Positions 1 to 9,234 of a DNA stretch of 57,314 nucleotides are shown piece after piece. Source of the DNA: Thermodesulfobacteriota bacterium (GTDB lineage Bacteria > Desulfobacterota > GWC2-55-46 > DRQE01). Numbering within the stretch: position 1 is the stretch's first letter; each line of letters opens with the position of its first letter. A program made the translations under genes and the position numbers. The stretch spans positions 1 through 57,314 of the forward strand of contig DASRUI010000016.1 of NCBI GenBank assembly GCA_035655515.1. The letters run 5' to 3'. The notes under the pieces were generated by a model, which worked only from the letters and a program-made list of their open reading frames with translations, searched no databases and was not told the DNA's origin.

Positions 1-863
1 ATGTTGCCCTGTATGGCGAATTCGTATCCTATCGTCTTCCACGCGGCATCCAGCCTTACCTTCCAGTCAATGCCCATGACGTCGCCCCCCGCCTGCCTCA
101 CGATGTCAAGGTATGTTCCTGTATTGGTCGAAAAGTTTATCACCGGTACGGGGGGCACCGAGCCTCTTACCGATTGAACGGCCTTTTTTGTGTAGGGCAG
201 AACAAACTCCCCGTAATCTCCGGGAGAGAGGCATCCGGCCCAGCTGTCGAAAACCTGCACGACGTCAACTCCCGAGGCGACCTGCGCCTTAAGATAAACC
301 GTTATGACGTCCGTGATTTTCGCCATGAGCTTATGCCAGAGCTCGGGCTCGTTGTACATGAGGGTTTTCGTGTGCACGTAATTCCTCGACCCTCCGCCCT
401 CTATGATATAGCTCGCGAGGGTAAAAGGCGCGCCGGAAAAACCTATGAGCGGAATCCTGTCGTTGAGTTCTTTTTTAACGAGTTTTATGGCCTGAAGCAG
501 ATACGGAACGTCCTCTTCGGGATTTATGACGCGGATGGCCTCTATGTCCTTTTTTGTCCTGACGGGATTATTAATGACGGGGCCGTCGCCTTTGGCGAAC
601 TCCAGATTTATGCCCATGCCCGGAAGGGGCAGGAGTATGTCGGCGAATATTATGGCCGCGTCCATCTCGAAGGCCTTTATGGGTTGCATGGTTACTTCGC
701 AGGCTATCTCCGGATTACGGCACATCTCCAGAAAAGAATGCTTCTCTTTTATGGCCATGTATTCCTTCATGTAGCGCCCGGCCTGTCGCATGAGCCAAAC
801 GGGGGTGCGGGACGCGGGTTTGCGAGCGCACGCCCTCAGGAATGTGTCGTTTTTTATCGGCAT
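1..863 (-). CDS. hemE: Uroporphyrinogen decarboxylase, N-terminal ~287 codons (3' end runs off the window)
   Basis: Absent from the ORF track because it is open at the window edge. Reverse translation from ATG 863 reads MPIKNDTFLRACARKPASRTPVWLMRQAGRYMKEYMAIKEK...IPLIGFSGAPFTLASYIIEGGGS, the canonical HemE N-terminus. The 174..896 + ORF is its antisense shadow. Confidence 0.9.
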   Translation of the reverse strand, partial: MPIKNDTFLRACARKPASRTPVWLMRQAGRYMKEYMAIKEKHSFLEMCRNPEIACEVTMQPIKAFEMDAAIIFADILLPLPGMGINLEFAKGDGPVINNPVRTKKDIEAIRVINPEEDVPYLLQAIKLVKKELNDRIPLIGFSGAPFTLASYIIEGGGSRNYVHTKTLMYNEPELWHKLMAKITDVITVYLKAQVASGVDVVQVFDSWAGCLSPGDYGEFVLPYTKKAVQSVRGSVPPVPVINFSTNTGTYLDIVRQAGGDVMGIDWKVRLDAAWKTIGYEFAIQGN

Positions 864-977
864 AAGACTCCTTTCAAAAGATTTTTATTATATTGATAAA
901 TACCGCAAGTTGCAAGGGGTTTGAATAACCCGGGGAGGATGTTCGCGGCACGGCGATATTTTAATTATTTTTGAATC

Positions 978-1853
978 GTGCTAAAATCCGCACAGGATAA
1001 AGAGACGATGCCTTTGGACATAAATAAAATTTCGACGAACCTCTCGCCTTCGGACTCGGGCATCTGGTTCTCCCGCTCCACAAGGAAGATTTCTTATCCG
1101 AAGGAAGGAAACGCCCTTTGTTTCGGCATAGAAGAAGAATCCTTCTGGTTCAGGCACAGGAACAGATGCATAGTCGAGGCGGTCAGGCGCTATCCTCCGG
1201 GGGGGACGATATTTGACGTAGGCGGAGGGAACGGCGTCGTATCCATGGCGCTTCAACGCTCCGGCGCGGAAGTCTGTCTTGTGGAACCGGGCCTGCAAGG
1301 GGCGTCAAACGCGATAAAACGCGGCCTTAAAAACGTAATATGCTCAACTCTCGAAGACGGCGGTTTCAAAAAAAATTCGCTCCCCGCCGCCGGCATTTTC
1401 GACGTCCTCGAACACATAGAGGATGACGACGCCTTTTTGGAAACGATAAGAAAGGCGCTCGTAAAAGGCGGGAGGCTCTTTGTCACCGCGCCCGCGTATA
1501 ATTTCCTCTGGTCGAAAAACGACGAACGCGTCGGGCATTTCAGAAGGTATACGATAAAGGATCTCAAGAAAAAACTGGCGCAGGCCGGGTTCTGCGTTGA
1601 ATACGGAACGTATTTTTTCATGTCCCTGCCCGTCGCGATATTGCTTTGGAGGACGCTTCCGACCAAACTCGGCATATACGGCGACATAACGGCGGAGGTC
1701 GTCCGTAAAGAACATGACATAAAAAACGGGACGCTCAACGCGGTTATGGACTGGCTTTCGGAAAAAGAACTGTCATGCATCAAAAAAGGCGGGGCGCTCC
1801 GTTTCGGAAGCAACTGCCTTATTGTGGCGAAAAAAACCGGGGGGAAAAGATGA
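978..1853 (+). CDS. Class I SAM-dependent methyltransferase
   Basis: 291-aa ORF with SAM-binding motif FDVGGGNGVVS and downstream FDVLEHIEDD and GGRLFVTAP motifs typical of Methyltransf_11/23-type enzymes. ATG 1008 is an alternative start. Confidence 0.75.
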   Translation: MLKSAQDKETMPLDINKISTNLSPSDSGIWFSRSTRKISYPKEGNALCFGIEEESFWFRHRNRCIVEAVRRYPPGGTIFDVGGGNGVVSMALQRSGAEVCLVEPGLQGASNAIKRGLKNVICSTLEDGGFKKNSLPAAGIFDVLEHIEDDDAFLETIRKALVKGGRLFVTAPAYNFLWSKNDERVGHFRRYTIKDLKKKLAQAGFCVEYGTYFFMSLPVAILLWRTLPTKLGIYGDITAEVVRKEHDIKNGTLNAVMDWLSEKELSCIKKGGALRFGSNCLIVAKKTGGKR

Positions 1854-2638
1854 CGGCCTTTCATCTCTATCTCTTTTCAACGGACGAAAAAATGACGCGG
1901 AGCGCCTCCTGCGGCGGGCTCTCCGGCATTGTCATCGACTGGGAGAATAAAAACAAAGCCGAGCGCCAGGCGAACAAAGACACGCAGATAAATTACGACA
2001 CGGCGGACGACCTCAGGCGCATGAGCGCGCTTGCCGGTTCCGCGGTAATATGCAGGGTGAATAAAATCCGCGACATTCGGGAATCCCGGCGGGAGATTGA
2101 CATGGCTCTTGAATGCGGCGCCGGCGAGATTCTGCTGCCCATGGTAAGAACAATCGACGAGGTCGAAGACGTTTTGAACTGCGTCGCGGGCAGATGCGGC
2201 GTGGGCGTCATGATTGAGACCGACGAGGCCGTGAATCTGGCAAGGGAGTTGGGACAACTGCCCCTGTCGCGCGCCTACATAGGGCTGAACGACCTCGCGA
2301 TTGACCGCCGCAAGACAAATATCTTCGACTCGCTCGAAGACGGAACGATCGATTATGTGAGGGAATTCATTAAAGCGCCGTTCGGGTTCGCGGGGCTTAC
2401 GTTGCCTGAACTCGGCCACCCGATCCTCTGCCGCCTCCTTATAAGCGAGATGGCAAGGCTTGAGTGTTCTTTCACATTTCTAAGAAGGTCGTTTCTCAGG
2501 GACGTCAAGGATAAAGACCCCTCCGTTGAAGTCCGAAGGATTTACAAGGCCGTAGAAGAGGCGTTCCGCAGCGGGGATGAGGAAAAAACGGCCAACAGGG
2601 AAGATATCAAGAAAATAATCAAGGAACACCGCCTTTAA
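1850..2638 (+). CDS. HpcH/HpaI aldolase / citrate-lyase-beta family TIM-barrel protein
   Basis: ATG 1850 overlaps the upstream stop (ATGA coupling). LLPMVRTIDEVEDV, GVMIETDEAV and IGLNDLAID resemble the conserved strands of HpcH-family enzymes. Confidence 0.55.
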   Translation: MTAFHLYLFSTDEKMTRSASCGGLSGIVIDWENKNKAERQANKDTQINYDTADDLRRMSALAGSAVICRVNKIRDIRESRREIDMALECGAGEILLPMVRTIDEVEDVLNCVAGRCGVGVMIETDEAVNLARELGQLPLSRAYIGLNDLAIDRRKTNIFDSLEDGTIDYVREFIKAPFGFAGLTLPELGHPILCRLLISEMARLECSFTFLRRSFLRDVKDKDPSVEVRRIYKAVEEAFRSGDEEKTANREDIKKIIKEHRL

Positions 2639-3454
2639 TCAGGACACCCCCCGGAACACTCCGGCACGGCTCTTGGCATTTTCCTCCTCGCCCTTTTTTG
2701 GCGCGTCTTTCTTTACAGAGGCAAAACGCGCGCCGATGAGCGCCTTGATTCCAACCTCTTCGTTGCGGCCGGAAAGAGGCCCGGGCAGGCGCAACTTGTG
2801 ATAAAACGCCTGCCTTACGGCGCTAAAACCCATTCCAAGCCGCATGCGCGCGCTGTATGCCGATTTGCCGGCGACTCTTCTGTCTCTTACGACAGGAACG
2901 GAAACAAGCGGAAGTCCGATAAGCCCCATCATGGCCACAATATTGGGTTCGAACCAATCAAAGGCAAGCAACCGCTCAACCATCCGCCTATCCATGGCGA
3001 CAAAGAGGCCCGCGTCCGGAGGCGTCCCGCAAAGAATATGTAAAAACCTTTTGTATATGCGCGAAGTAAGAAGCCTTGTGAGCGACTCGTATCTGCCGCA
3101 TCTGCCGGCAAAAACGGCCGAGGCTCCCGTCTTCCTCATCATGTCAATCAGTTCCGGTATGACCTCCGGCCGGTCCTGAAGGTCCCCGTCCATTATAACG
3201 GCAGTTTCCCCCGCGGCATGCCTTAAACCTATCAACACGGCCTTGTGCTGTCCGCCGTTACGTTCAAGCGCTATCACCGACACGCGCGAGTCGCCTTTGA
3301 CCAGGTCCTCAAGCGCGCGAAGAGAGCCGTCGGGACAGGCGTCGTCAACAAATACTATTTCGTAAGGGTTGTCTCCCATGGCGCGCCGGACGCGGCCGGA
3401 GAGTTCACGAAGCGTTTCCTTATGCCTGTAGACCGGCACGACTATGCTTATCAC
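2639..3454 (-). CDS. Family 2 glycosyltransferase, polyprenyl-phosphate sugar transferase type (ArnC/DPM1/GtrB-like)
   Basis: GTG 3454 overlaps the upstream stop (GTGA). ISIVVPVYRHKE...IVFVDDACPDGS...MDGDLQD is the GT-A/GT2 signature including DxD. Confidence 0.8.
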   Translation of the reverse strand: MISIVVPVYRHKETLRELSGRVRRAMGDNPYEIVFVDDACPDGSLRALEDLVKGDSRVSVIALERNGGQHKAVLIGLRHAAGETAVIMDGDLQDRPEVIPELIDMMRKTGASAVFAGRCGRYESLTRLLTSRIYKRFLHILCGTPPDAGLFVAMDRRMVERLLAFDWFEPNIVAMMGLIGLPLVSVPVVRDRRVAGKSAYSARMRLGMGFSAVRQAFYHKLRLPGPLSGRNEEVGIKALIGARFASVKKDAPKKGEEENAKSRAGVFRGVS

Positions 3455-4413
3455 GATGAGCCCTCCCGCGCGTAGCGGTCGCGGTTGATATCGAACCACG
3501 CGATTGTCTTTTTAAGCCCTTGCTCGAGCGTATGCCTCGGCTCCCATCCGAGAAGTCTTTTCGCCTCGCTTATGTCAGCCTCCCAGCGCTTTACGTCAAA
3601 AGGACGCAAAGGATATTCCCCTGCCCTCACCGCAATCCTTTTCCCTGCCAAGGTTTGCACCGTCTCGACGACTTCTTCGTTGCTCCATTGCCGTCCGGTC
3701 CCGATATTAAGAACGCGGCCGAAGGCCTCCTTCGAATCTGCGGCCATAAGGCACGCCTCGCAGACATCTTCCACAAAGACATAATCCCGTCTGTAACCGG
3801 CGGGCGTGACGTCCATGCCGCCGCCTTGAAGGGCGGCCATGACGGAAACCGGTATAAGGCGCGTCCCTACGTCCCACGGGCCATAGACATTGAAAGGCCT
3901 CAACACCACGATGGGGCGGCGGTTTGCCGCGGCGGCTTGCAGGCAAAAAAGCGTTGACGCCGCTTTGGTCGCGCCGTAGAAAGTCGCCGGCTCGAGGCAA
4001 TCGGATTCCTTCATTGGACTGTTTTTGGGGCCATACTCGGTGGAACTTCCGAGATGAACGAGACACTCATGGTCGCGGGTCTTTGCCGCCTCCAGAAGAT
4101 TTACCGTGCCGAAGACGTTTACCCGCAAGATGTCGCAAGGGTCTTCATTGTATGTGCGCATTCCGCGCACCGCCAGATGAAAAATAATCTCGGGACGGAC
4201 TTGGTCGAGGATTTTTTCAATCCCACCGCGGTCGGTCAGGTCGGCGCAATGGAGGCCAATCGCCGAAGCGACGTCCGAAAGCCTCCACAAACTCGAGGAA
4301 GGCCTGACAACCGCGTGCACCGTCGCGCCCCGGCCGAGAAGTTGGCGCGTAAGGTTCGAGCCGATGAAGCCCGCCGCTCCGGTGATAAGAACACGCTTGC
4401 CGTTGAATTCCAT
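3451..4413 (-). CDS. NAD-dependent epimerase/dehydratase (extended SDR)
   Basis: VLITGAAGFIGSNL Rossmann motif and YGATKAAS (YxxxK) catalytic motif. ATG 4413 is preferred over TTG 4425. Confidence 0.85.
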   Translation of the reverse strand: MEFNGKRVLITGAAGFIGSNLTRQLLGRGATVHAVVRPSSSLWRLSDVASAIGLHCADLTDRGGIEKILDQVRPEIIFHLAVRGMRTYNEDPCDILRVNVFGTVNLLEAAKTRDHECLVHLGSSTEYGPKNSPMKESDCLEPATFYGATKAASTLFCLQAAAANRRPIVVLRPFNVYGPWDVGTRLIPVSVMAALQGGGMDVTPAGYRRDYVFVEDVCEACLMAADSKEAFGRVLNIGTGRQWSNEEVVETVQTLAGKRIAVRAGEYPLRPFDVKRWEADISEAKRLLGWEPRHTLEQGLKKTIAWFDINRDRYAREGSS

Positions 4414-4514
4414 AAAAGCCGGCAAAAACTATATCACCTGTCAAAAAAAATTACAACGGAATATTAAAACTATTGCGTTTCAAGGGAGATTTTCATAATA
4501 TACGCGGTGGGCAT

Positions 4515-5252
4515 ATGAACCGGACGAAAAAAAAATTCAAGAACCATAACCGCGCGCAGATTAACTATTTCAGTGGAACAATCAAACAAACGATGGTCCC
4601 CGCGCCCACGCCCTACCTCCTCAGGCATATTGACGAACTCGTGCGGTTCGCGAACATCAAGCGCGGAGACAAGGTGATTGAGGTGGGGTGCGGCATGGGA
4701 CGCTATACGCTTAATATCGCCGCACGCGGGATTGACATCGAGGGGCTGGACCTTACGCCGTTCCTTCTCGACAGGCTCAGGGAATACGACGGCGGCCGCC
4801 ACAATATCCCTTTGCATTGCGCCGACGTTCTGGACCTGCCGCCGGAACTTTGCGGCCGGTTCGACGCAGTAGTCGGATTTTTCGTGCTGCATCACTTCCA
4901 TGACGTCCGCGCGTGTTTCGAGTCAATGACGCGGCTGGTTAAGCCGGGCGGGACGATAGTTTTCCTGGAACCCAACGCCATAAACCCTTTCTATTACGTC
5001 CAGATATTGACCACGCCCGGCATGACATGGAAGGGCGACGGAGGCATCGTAAAGATGAGGAAGGGATTGATATTCAACGCCATGCGCGAGGCCGGCCTCG
5101 CCGGGCTCGAACTTCTGAGGTTCGGTTTTTTTCCGCCGTTCATATACAACAGGCAGTGGGGCGAAAGGCTTGACCATTTTCTCGAGCGGACGCCTTTTTT
5201 AAAACCCTTCCTTCCGTTCCAGCTATTCAAGGGCGTAAAAAGTGAACGATAA
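4515..5252 (+). CDS. Class I SAM-dependent methyltransferase
   Basis: VIEVGCGMGRYT SAM motif and GGTIVFLEPN motif. ATG 4515 is preferred over the upstream TTG 4473. Confidence 0.75.
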   Translation: MNRTKKKFKNHNRAQINYFSGTIKQTMVPAPTPYLLRHIDELVRFANIKRGDKVIEVGCGMGRYTLNIAARGIDIEGLDLTPFLLDRLREYDGGRHNIPLHCADVLDLPPELCGRFDAVVGFFVLHHFHDVRACFESMTRLVKPGGTIVFLEPNAINPFYYVQILTTPGMTWKGDGGIVKMRKGLIFNAMREAGLAGLELLRFGFFPPFIYNRQWGERLDHFLERTPFLKPFLPFQLFKGVKSER

Positions 5253-6747
5253 GCTCCGCTCATTCCCCGGCTCCGCCCTCTTTCATATAGCGATACTGGC
5301 AACGGTCTCCACCGCCGTTTTACTGCGCTACGGCCTAAGCGAACAACCGATACTCGGCGACCGCGCTTACTTCGTTTATGTGTCGCAGGCCGTTTCCAAG
5401 GGCGACCTTCTCTACGGCTCCACGACCTTCGGCTACACTCCATACGGGCCTTTCCTGTCGGCGATGACAATGCACATCGGCGATATATTCAACGTGCCGT
5501 CTTATCTCGCGCCACGGTATCTTTCTCTGCCGGTTTACGCGGCCTCCGCCGCGCTGCTCTACCTTGTGGCGCGCAACGCCTCCGGCAGCGCTCTTGCGGG
5601 GATATTTTCAGGGTTGACCTTGTCCGGGTTCGGCGCCATGAGCGTGCTTTGCGCAAGCAATCTGGAACCGAAGGCAATGGTGATGTTTTTCATGCTTGCC
5701 TCGATGCTCGCCCTTCAAAAACGCAACTGGCTCGTAACCGGCTTCGCTTCCGCGATGGCCGGAATGTTCTGGCAACCGGCGGCAATAGCGGGGCTCTCGA
5801 TGTTTATGATATTGGCATTCACCGACCGCGACAAATTACTGCCGAATTTTCTCAAATTCTCGGCGGGCATGCTTTTGGGGATGCTCCCGGCCATTCTGTA
5901 TCTTACGGCGTTTGCAGAGTGGCACAACTTCTACGAGATGGCCGTCGTGCGAAAGGCCGCGCTCAGCCTGCCGGACGCGGCCTCGACGCCGTTTAAGTGG
6001 ATGGCAAAGGGGTTCAAGGCTTACCGGAGCGAAGGCTTCGTATTTTTCTCCGCGCTGGCGGGATTCTCCTATTTCATGATAAAGAACGGAAGAAAGACCT
6101 TTAACGCGTTGACGGACAGGAAAGACGGCGGCATGCTTATCCTTACGCTTGCATGGTTTTTATTCAACGGCATTGAGTTTAACGGGGCGCCGGACCTTAT
6201 CCCGATGCTTCCCTTGATGGCGTACTGGTCTTCGCTTTTTGCCGCAAGGCTGATTGAAGGCGTCTCTTTTCTGGCCGGCCGGATTGCCTCCAACCGCTTC
6301 GTTCTTTTAACCGGCTTTATTTTTGTTAACGGCCTTTTATTCACGGACGCCATTACCTACAATCTTCCCTCTACGCTTACCGAACAGAGGCTTCTGGTTG
6401 AAAGCGTTATGGGCAAGGCAGACCGCCGGTTTATCGCGCTGAACGCCGAGGAATTTTACGTGCTAAGCGAAAAAAAATCCCCTCTTCGTTATACGCGGAT
6501 GGAACGCTGGGTCGATACGGTTATAGAAATGACGGAACCCGGAGGCAGTGACGGATTTATAAAAAGACTGGAAGAGTCGATGCCCCCTCTTGTGATAATA
6601 AAAAAACGCAAGAGCGCCAACCTGAAGAGGATAGAAAACGAATTGCTGGCCGGCTATGACGTAACCGTTTACAATAAAATACCGAAGCATAATGTCGAAA
6701 AAAGAAAATCCCATGAGGATTTATACGTATACGAAAAACGCCCATAG
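5242..6747 (+). CDS. Polytopic membrane protein, probable GT-C fold glycosyltransferase (ArnT/PMT-like)
   Basis: GTG 5242 overlaps the 3' end of the upstream methyltransferase. The first ~380 aa contain many hydrophobic segments, followed by a soluble C-terminal domain. An early loop, LGDRAYFVYVSQ, resembles the Asp-containing first loop of GT-C enzymes. It sits next to a GT2 and an SDR. Confidence 0.55.
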   Translation: MNDKLRSFPGSALFHIAILATVSTAVLLRYGLSEQPILGDRAYFVYVSQAVSKGDLLYGSTTFGYTPYGPFLSAMTMHIGDIFNVPSYLAPRYLSLPVYAASAALLYLVARNASGSALAGIFSGLTLSGFGAMSVLCASNLEPKAMVMFFMLASMLALQKRNWLVTGFASAMAGMFWQPAAIAGLSMFMILAFTDRDKLLPNFLKFSAGMLLGMLPAILYLTAFAEWHNFYEMAVVRKAALSLPDAASTPFKWMAKGFKAYRSEGFVFFSALAGFSYFMIKNGRKTFNALTDRKDGGMLILTLAWFLFNGIEFNGAPDLIPMLPLMAYWSSLFAARLIEGVSFLAGRIASNRFVLLTGFIFVNGLLFTDAITYNLPSTLTEQRLLVESVMGKADRRFIALNAEEFYVLSEKKSPLRYTRMERWVDTVIEMTEPGGSDGFIKRLEESMPPLVIIKKRKSANLKRIENELLAGYDVTVYNKIPKHNVEKRKSHEDLYVYEKRP

Positions 6748-6758
6748 ATAAAAAACGG

Positions 6759-7487
6759 TTAAATCTTCTCCTCAATCCTCGTAAGTATGCCGCGGAGCAT
6801 ATTGACTTCCTTTTCGACAAGAACCGTCCTTCCGAAAATCTTGCGAAGGTTTCTCAAGAGTATCGGCATGAGGTAGCCTTTTTTAATCTCGTCCGCGTAG
6901 CCTAATTTTTCAAGCACCCTCTCGATATGCTCGTGCATGGCCTCGACCTCTTCCCTCGAAGCGGATTTAAGGGTCAACTCGACTACGCAAGAAGCCTCGG
7001 TCTTAAAGAGCGCGTGACACACGGCAAATACCGCGTGAGAAAGATTTAAGGACATCATGTCCCTGTGGGCCGGGATCTCGAAAAGAATGTCGCAGAAAAG
7101 GGTCTCCTCGTTTTCAAGCCCGCGGTCTTCCCTTCCGAAAAGTATTGATACGGTATTTTTCTTTGAAACGGAAAGTATCTTCGGCAGGGCCTCGTCCATG
7201 GTAAACACGGGAAACCTCGCGCCCCCTTTTCTCCTTGTCGTGCCGACTATGAAGTGAGAATCCTTCACAGCCTGTTTTAAGGTCTTAACCTCTTTTGCCT
7301 TAAGCAAAACGTCGGATGCCGAGCAGGCCATTGAAAAACCTTCGTCGTTTTTATATTGAACGGAATTCACGAGCACGAGATTCCGGAAGCCCGTGTTTTT
7401 CATGACCCTCGCAACGCTCCCCACGTTTCCCGCGCCCTTAGGCTCGACAAGCACGATAGAGATATTTTTCCGCGCCTTACTTTCCAC
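6759..7487 (-). CDS. trmJ: SpoU/TrmH-family RNA 2'-O-methyltransferase (TrmJ-like)
   Basis: ISIVLVEPKGAGNVGSVARVMKNTGF, ILFGREDRGL and SLNLSHAV motifs. Length of 242 aa fits TrmJ. Confidence 0.8.
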   Translation of the reverse strand: MESKARKNISIVLVEPKGAGNVGSVARVMKNTGFRNLVLVNSVQYKNDEGFSMACSASDVLLKAKEVKTLKQAVKDSHFIVGTTRRKGGARFPVFTMDEALPKILSVSKKNTVSILFGREDRGLENEETLFCDILFEIPAHRDMMSLNLSHAVFAVCHALFKTEASCVVELTLKSASREEVEAMHEHIERVLEKLGYADEIKKGYLMPILLRNLRKIFGRTVLVEKEVNMLRGILTRIEEKI

Positions 7488-8817
7488 CCATGCGCTCCAG
7501 AATTCCTTTCGCGGCCATGACGCCCGATACCGATGCCTGCACGATGCCCCTCGTTACCCCTGCGCCGTCTCCCGCGGCAAAGAGGTTTTTTACCTCTGTC
7601 TCCATCGTTCCCGTAAGTTTTAACCTCGTGGAATAAAACTTCACCTCAACGCCGTAAAGAAGCGTGGAGGGAGAGTTTATGCCCGGCGCGACCTTGTCCA
7701 TTGTCTCGAGCATCTCAAGTATGTCCGACACATAGCGGTAAGGCAAAACAAAAGAAAGGTCTCCCGCGGTCGCGTCAAGGAGGGTGGGCTTGACCGGATT
7801 CTTCGCGACTCCCTCCCGTGTCGAGCGCCTTCCGTGAAGCAGGTCCCCGAGCCTCTGCACTATTATGCCCTCGCCAAGGAGATTCGCGAGGCTCGCTATG
7901 TATCTTCCGTAGGCAATCGGCTCTTTAAAAGGCTCGGTAAAGGTGGTTGAGACGAGTATGGCGAAGTTCGTGTTTTCCGATTTTTTAACGGAAAAACTAT
8001 GGCCGTTCACCGTGCAAAAGCCCTTGTATTTCTCCTTTACCACGACCCCGTACGGATTCATGCAAAAAGTCCTTACCGGGTCGTTGAACACCTTTGAGTT
8101 ATACATGAACTTGGCCTCGTACACCGCGTCCGTTATCGAGCGGAGTATGGAGGCAGGAACCTCGACCCTCACCCCTATGTCCACGGGGTTAATCGTGGTT
8201 GAAAGCCCGAGCGTTTTCACGACGTCTTCGAGCCAGCCGGAGCCCACCCTTCCGGGACAAAGCGCGACAAAATCCGAATAAAACGCATCGCCGTCCGTCG
8301 TGCTTACGCCCTTGACGATTCCGTTTTCAACGATTACGTCCTTAACTTCTTTGTTGAAACAGAATTCGATTTTAGCATCAAGGTCTTTTCTTATGTTTTT
8401 GAGAACTCCGGCGCACCTGTCGGTTCCGAGATGCCTTATGCTGAAGGGCACAAGCCGAAGACCGGCCATTGCCGCGGCCTCCGAAAGAGCGGCCACCCCT
8501 GCTTTGTCTCCGCCCTTGAGTTCCCTTGGCGCGCCGTAGTTGAGATAAAGTTCGTCCACATAGCGGATGAGTTCCGAAAGTTCCTGATGCCCGGCGTAGT
8601 CGGCGAGAAACCCTCCCACCTCCGAGGAAAGATTAAGTTTTCCGTCGGAAAAAGCCCCCGCGCCTCCGAAGCCGTGGAAGAGGTCGTCCCGCGTCCGGGT
8701 CGTGATGTCGCGGCCCATCTCAAGGAAAAGGACCTTTAAACCCTTTTCCTTCGCGAGTTCGAGGCCAGCGAATATCCCGGCTGGCCCCGCGCCTACTATT
8801 ATGACGTCGTAATTCAC
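7477..8817 (-). CDS. FAD-dependent oxidoreductase of the uncharacterised COG2509-like family
   Basis: GTG 8817 gives an N-terminus MNYDVIIVGAGPAG (dinucleotide-binding fold) and there is a C-terminal GDGAG motif. The longer ORF start at 8856 would read into an intergenic inverted repeat. Confidence 0.75.
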   Translation of the reverse strand: MNYDVIIVGAGPAGIFAGLELAKEKGLKVLFLEMGRDITTRTRDDLFHGFGGAGAFSDGKLNLSSEVGGFLADYAGHQELSELIRYVDELYLNYGAPRELKGGDKAGVAALSEAAAMAGLRLVPFSIRHLGTDRCAGVLKNIRKDLDAKIEFCFNKEVKDVIVENGIVKGVSTTDGDAFYSDFVALCPGRVGSGWLEDVVKTLGLSTTINPVDIGVRVEVPASILRSITDAVYEAKFMYNSKVFNDPVRTFCMNPYGVVVKEKYKGFCTVNGHSFSVKKSENTNFAILVSTTFTEPFKEPIAYGRYIASLANLLGEGIIVQRLGDLLHGRRSTREGVAKNPVKPTLLDATAGDLSFVLPYRYVSDILEMLETMDKVAPGINSPSTLLYGVEVKFYSTRLKLTGTMETEVKNLFAAGDGAGVTRGIVQASVSGVMAAKGILERMGGK

Positions 8818-8991
8818 GATTGAAAGTATAGCAGAAATGCCGCGGCCCAGCACCACTTTTCACTATTAATACGCATCTGTTTATGCAATGGTATTTGACA
8901 CAAATACGCGCATTGCCGGTGCGTTGGCATCAAAAAGTGGTGCTGGGCGCGACCTTCAAAAGGCAATAAAAAAGCCGGCGGATTTTACAAG

Positions 8992-9020
8992 TTGCCCGCA
9001 ATAAGAATACTTGCTATAAT
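8992..9020 (+). promoter_or_regulatory. Sigma-70-type promoter candidate for the small hicB gene
   Basis: TTGCCC, 17 nt, TATAAT (8992-8997 and 9015-9020), 21 nt upstream of ATG 9042. Confidence 0.45.
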
Positions 9021-9041
9021 ATCTTCCACGAGGGTAAATTA

Positions 9042-9209
9042 ATGATAGTAGAAACCGAAAAAGAAAATGACGGCCGTTGGATAGCGGAGATCCATGAGTT
9101 GCCGGGTGTCCTGACCTATGGAAAAACCCGCGAAGAAGCCATTTCAAAGGCTAAAGCCCTTGCCTTGCGGGTCATGGCCGACCGCCTCGAACATGGCGAA
9201 ACTTTGTAG
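9042..9209 (+). CDS. hicB: HicB-family (UPF0150) antitoxin-like protein, 55 aa, orphan
   Basis: Below the ORF-track size cutoff. Translation: MIVETEKENDGRWIAEIHELPGVLTYGKTREEAISKAKALALRVMADRLEHGETL. The G-W-A-I-ELPG...G-T-EEA pattern is the HicB N-terminal fold signature. Confidence 0.65.
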   Translation: MIVETEKENDGRWIAEIHELPGVLTYGKTREEAISKAKALALRVMADRLEHGETL

Positions 9210-9232
9210 GGCGGGCTATGCCACCCTACAAA
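9203..9232. terminator. Hairpin between convergent hicB and the HNH gene (mini member of the GTAGGG...CCCTAC family)
   Basis: TTTGTAGGG / CCCTACAAA 9-bp stem with a 12-nt loop. It overlaps the hicB stop codon. Confidence 0.4.
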
Positions 9233-9234
9233 AC

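Noticed and set aside
174-896. 240-aa plus-strand ORF at the left edge.
   Set aside because: It is the antisense shadow of hemE. The minus strand gives an unmistakable HemE N-terminus, whereas this ORF has an Arg/Gly/His-rich composition and no recognisable motif.
8888-9004. 38-aa ORF upstream of the small hicB, considered as a decayed hicA.
   Set aside because: It has only a vague resemblance (GRDLQKAIKK) to the HicA C-terminus. It overlaps the inverted repeat and the predicted hicB promoter, so the evidence is insufficient.
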